A stretch of 62,839 nucleotides of DNA, the filler included, from Choristocarpus tenellus KU-1152 (taxonomy: Eukaryota > Protista > Phaeophyceae): assembly GCA_964200185.2 (NCBI GenBank). It is 11 parts of 11 records of this genome, joined end to end, with 100 filler letters (N's around TTAATTAATTAA, not from the genome) between each part and the next. Parts side by side here need not be neighbours in the genome. Positions count along the whole stretch, not along the records: positions 60,169 to 62,839 come from CAXNAD020025769.1; 10 more parts are not named here. The stretch is one strand, 5' to 3'. The translations under genes were made by a program, and so were the position numbers. This document shows, piece by piece, positions 60,199 through 62,839 of this stretch. Each line of letters opens with the position of its first letter. Position 1 is the first letter of the stretch. The notes beneath the pieces were generated by a model that saw only the letters and a list, made by a program, of their open reading frames with translations, searched no databases and had not been told where the DNA came from.

Positions 60199-62839
60199 AC
60201 AGCCACCCACCTTGCCCTCACAAGGTTTATCGACAAGTACCACAACAGCCTCAATCATGCGGGGAGTTGCATCATCCAGCACGCGCATTGGCAGGTAAGA
60301 AAGTTTCATCTTGACACGACCTACTCAACACATACTCGCTGAATACCGATCACCAAGTAACTAACTGCACGGTCTTTAGTGTTGGTTTGTGTGTTGCAAC
60401 CTGCATGTATGATGACGGTGATGTAGACCTTGCGCTCTAGCACTACTGGAAACATGCCCTGTTCCTCAACGAAACGCGGCGAAATGGGCTGACATATCGG
60501 CCTCACGCCTATCCCTCCCTCGCTCCCAACTCCCCAAACTGGCCATGTTGACAACTGCGTCTCAGAGAACAAGAACAATTTACTTCTCGGATATGCGGGG
60601 CTGTTGGTCGCGGCAAGTGTCATTCGTGTGGTCGAGATACATTTTATGAGGGTGGGGCACACGCACATCAAGATCGATCAGATCTTCTCCAGGTACTTAG
60701 GCAAGATATCCAAGTGCGATAGCCACATAGTATTTTTATACGGACAGATACTGCCTTGAGGCTTGCGGCTCACGCTTGTTGCATCTATGGGATGTTTATG
60801 GTCATGCACTGTAATTGATTGATTGGCTTTTGATTTCCCCACAACAAAATTGAATGATAAGAGCAGCTGCCAAAACTGTTTCGTAACCTACTCTCGAAAC
60901 AAAACAAAAAAATGTACGCATCACCCCTTTTTATATTTATACTTCCATATACATGCATCGGAGCGTGTGCCTGCATATATATCTTGCTTCTCCACTTCGT
61001 TTCTTTCGCCCCCGCCTCAAAATTAATTTGCTTGCATTTCACCTTCAGGTTCTCACGTGGTATAAAAGGGAAGAACATATTAACAAGAACACAGCTGGGT
61101 GAAGAGCTGCAGGCCTCTTACACGGAGGTTCCAGTCTACTGCAAGACCCTACGGAATGACGGCAACTTCAAGGGACTCCTTGGCGGTCGGGTCAACCGTG
61201 TCTCCAATATCACGAGCTACAGGGCTTTTCGCGTTGAAAAAGGCGGTGATAGGCGGGTTAAGGTTAGCGTAAAGCAATACATGCACAGCACCGCATGAAG
61301 TGGGATAGGCGGAGACCCTGCTATCGACCCCAACGCCCCTCTGCACGACTTCTTCATCGGCCACCCGCCTCGTCTCCAAGATGCACCACCCTACCAGCTC
61401 AAGAGCGTTCCCGAAAACGTCATCCTGAAGGTGGAGCAGCGGTACCAGGCGCTGCACGAGTGCCTCGCTGCTTTGTACCCACTGGGTAAGTCGAACATCT
61501 CGTGAGGGGAGTTGATGGCTAATTTTTGTATTCGGTGGCAGCCAAAAACCTCTGGTGCAACTTCTGTACGAGGCAGCCATTATAGCCTTTACAAAAACCA
61601 TCTTGAAAAATATTCCATTCTCATGCGTAGTGATCGTCGCATGTTACAATAAAAAAGTACTATAGATTACCCCCGATAAATGTTTTGAGGGTACTGGTCT
61701 TGTACTCAACAGACACGAATCCTATGAAATATACACCCTCCCTCTCACTGCATCAGCCAAGGTATCTTAGAGGGTAGAACCACGTCCATTTCGGGGTCAA
61801 ATTCCAATATTCCAATGTTGATGTAATTTTGACTATCATGTTTTTGAGGAAGTGTCAATATCCTTGTTCCGGACACACCTCTTCATAACGTGCAAATCTT
61901 ACCTACTCCTAAACATATCGGATTAGGAAAAAGTCATAAAACACCTGTGGGAAGCCAAGTCCCAAATGGACAAAGAGGGCAAAACTCGTACCCTCTAAGA
62001 TACTTTCACTCCATGCTCCCCGAGCGCATTCGTGAAACCTACGTCTGGTTACAAAGTCACATTCATGCTTCCATACCGTCGATGTTCTTGTGCTGACGGA
62101 TTTAACCTTCACAGATGATGAAGCCGTTCAGAGAGCGAAACACGAGCAAAGCGAGTCTGTGCGACTTCTCAAAAAGACAGGGGAACGAGAGTTCGACCTC
62201 CCAGTCCATTGGCTTCCCACCGATGACGATGGCGCTGGAACTGGTACCAGCGATGTCGAAGACACCGACCAGGGCGAACGTTCGGGTGGAGGAGATAATC
62301 TCATCAGCGGTGACAATGATCTCGGCGGGCTCGAGGAAACAGACTCTTCCTCGTCGGACAGTGACAAGGAAGGAGCTGTCTTCCGTCGACGGGGTTGGCC
62401 TCATGCTACCTTGACATCGGCGAACCATAGAAACCTCGTCACCGTGCAGGAAGGCAGGTTTGCCTTTTTTGTGGCAACGGAGGCGCCGCTCTTGGTCGGC
62501 AAGATCCTAGCAGAGCGCGTCGGCGACGACGGGGAGGGTGGGGTGGATCTTCACTGGCTTCGGCCGACCAGTGACCACACACGTGGCAACGCCGCGTTTC
62601 TGACCATTGAAAAGTACTTGAAAAGTACTTTTGTCAAAGGCTACATACACGCTGGTGATAGATCCGGGCGAACTGGGAAACCGAAGCGGGTTAAAGACAT
62701 AAGCTGGGAAACCGAAGAGGGTATTGTTTCGACGTGCGATAAACTTGTTGGGAACGGCAAAAAGATTCCTACCAAGGTCTTGACAGTTCTACGGTCTGCT
62801 ATCGAGGCGAGGGAAAGGGGGGTATTTGTGGAAGAAGGA
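60199..62839 (+). pseudogene. Intron-containing Sola-superfamily DDE transposase (exons ~60199-60294, ~60545-60693, 61049-61485, 62115->62839), with a premature stop
   Basis: VDNCVSENKNNLLLGYAGLLVAASVIRVVEIHFMRVGHTHIKIDQIFSR matches the DNCxxENKN...GHTHxxIDQxFS signature; GT-AG phases of the last two introns are consistent (2, 1); in-frame TGA at 61296; last exon open for ~240 codons to the window end. Confidence 0.85.
61754..62011. mobile_element. Family A MITE inside an intron of the Sola transposase, flanked by CAT/CAT
   Basis: CAT|CAGCCAAGGTATCTTAGAGGGTA...TACCCTCTAAGATACTTTCACTC|CAT. Confidence 0.92.

Noticed and set aside
62102-62428. Three listed ORFs near the window end
   Set aside because: Shadow frames of the transposase's last exon, which is open in a different plus-strand frame.

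Overview
Eukaryotic nuclear DNA, most likely a brown alga or close stramenopile relative (inferred from spliceosomal introns, an intron-split gyrB, PPR and Zn2Cys6 genes, and CCCTAA-type repeats). The window is not one locus. It is 11 short contigs joined by 100-nt artificial N44-TTAATTAATTAA-N44 spacers, so nothing should be linked across spacers. Genes read by hand across GT-AG introns: (1) a WW-like-domain gene, minus strand; (2) a divergent Gly/Met/Gln-rich low-complexity gene; (3) a receptor-like gene with signal peptide, 7 beta-propeller repeats, a TM helix and a cytoplasmic helical bundle resembling MLKL/RPW8-type N-terminal domains (best candidate novel system); (4) a small basic 'PGQK' protein; (5) four exons of organellar DNA gyrase B whose introns carry telomere-motif and CAGGT minisatellites; (6) an intronless PPR gene with near-identical repeats; (7) a Zn(II)2Cys6 transcription factor. 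Mobile DNA is abundant: a decayed CRE/R2-like RLE retrotransposon, an RTE-like LINE fragment, a hAT remnant, a plant-mariner-like element with its Stowaway-like MITE, an intron-containing Sola-type transposase pseudogene, and about 17 copies or fragments of ~250-270 bp GAG...CTC MITEs with apparently mixed 3- and 4-bp TSDs. Most entries in the ORF track are spurious.
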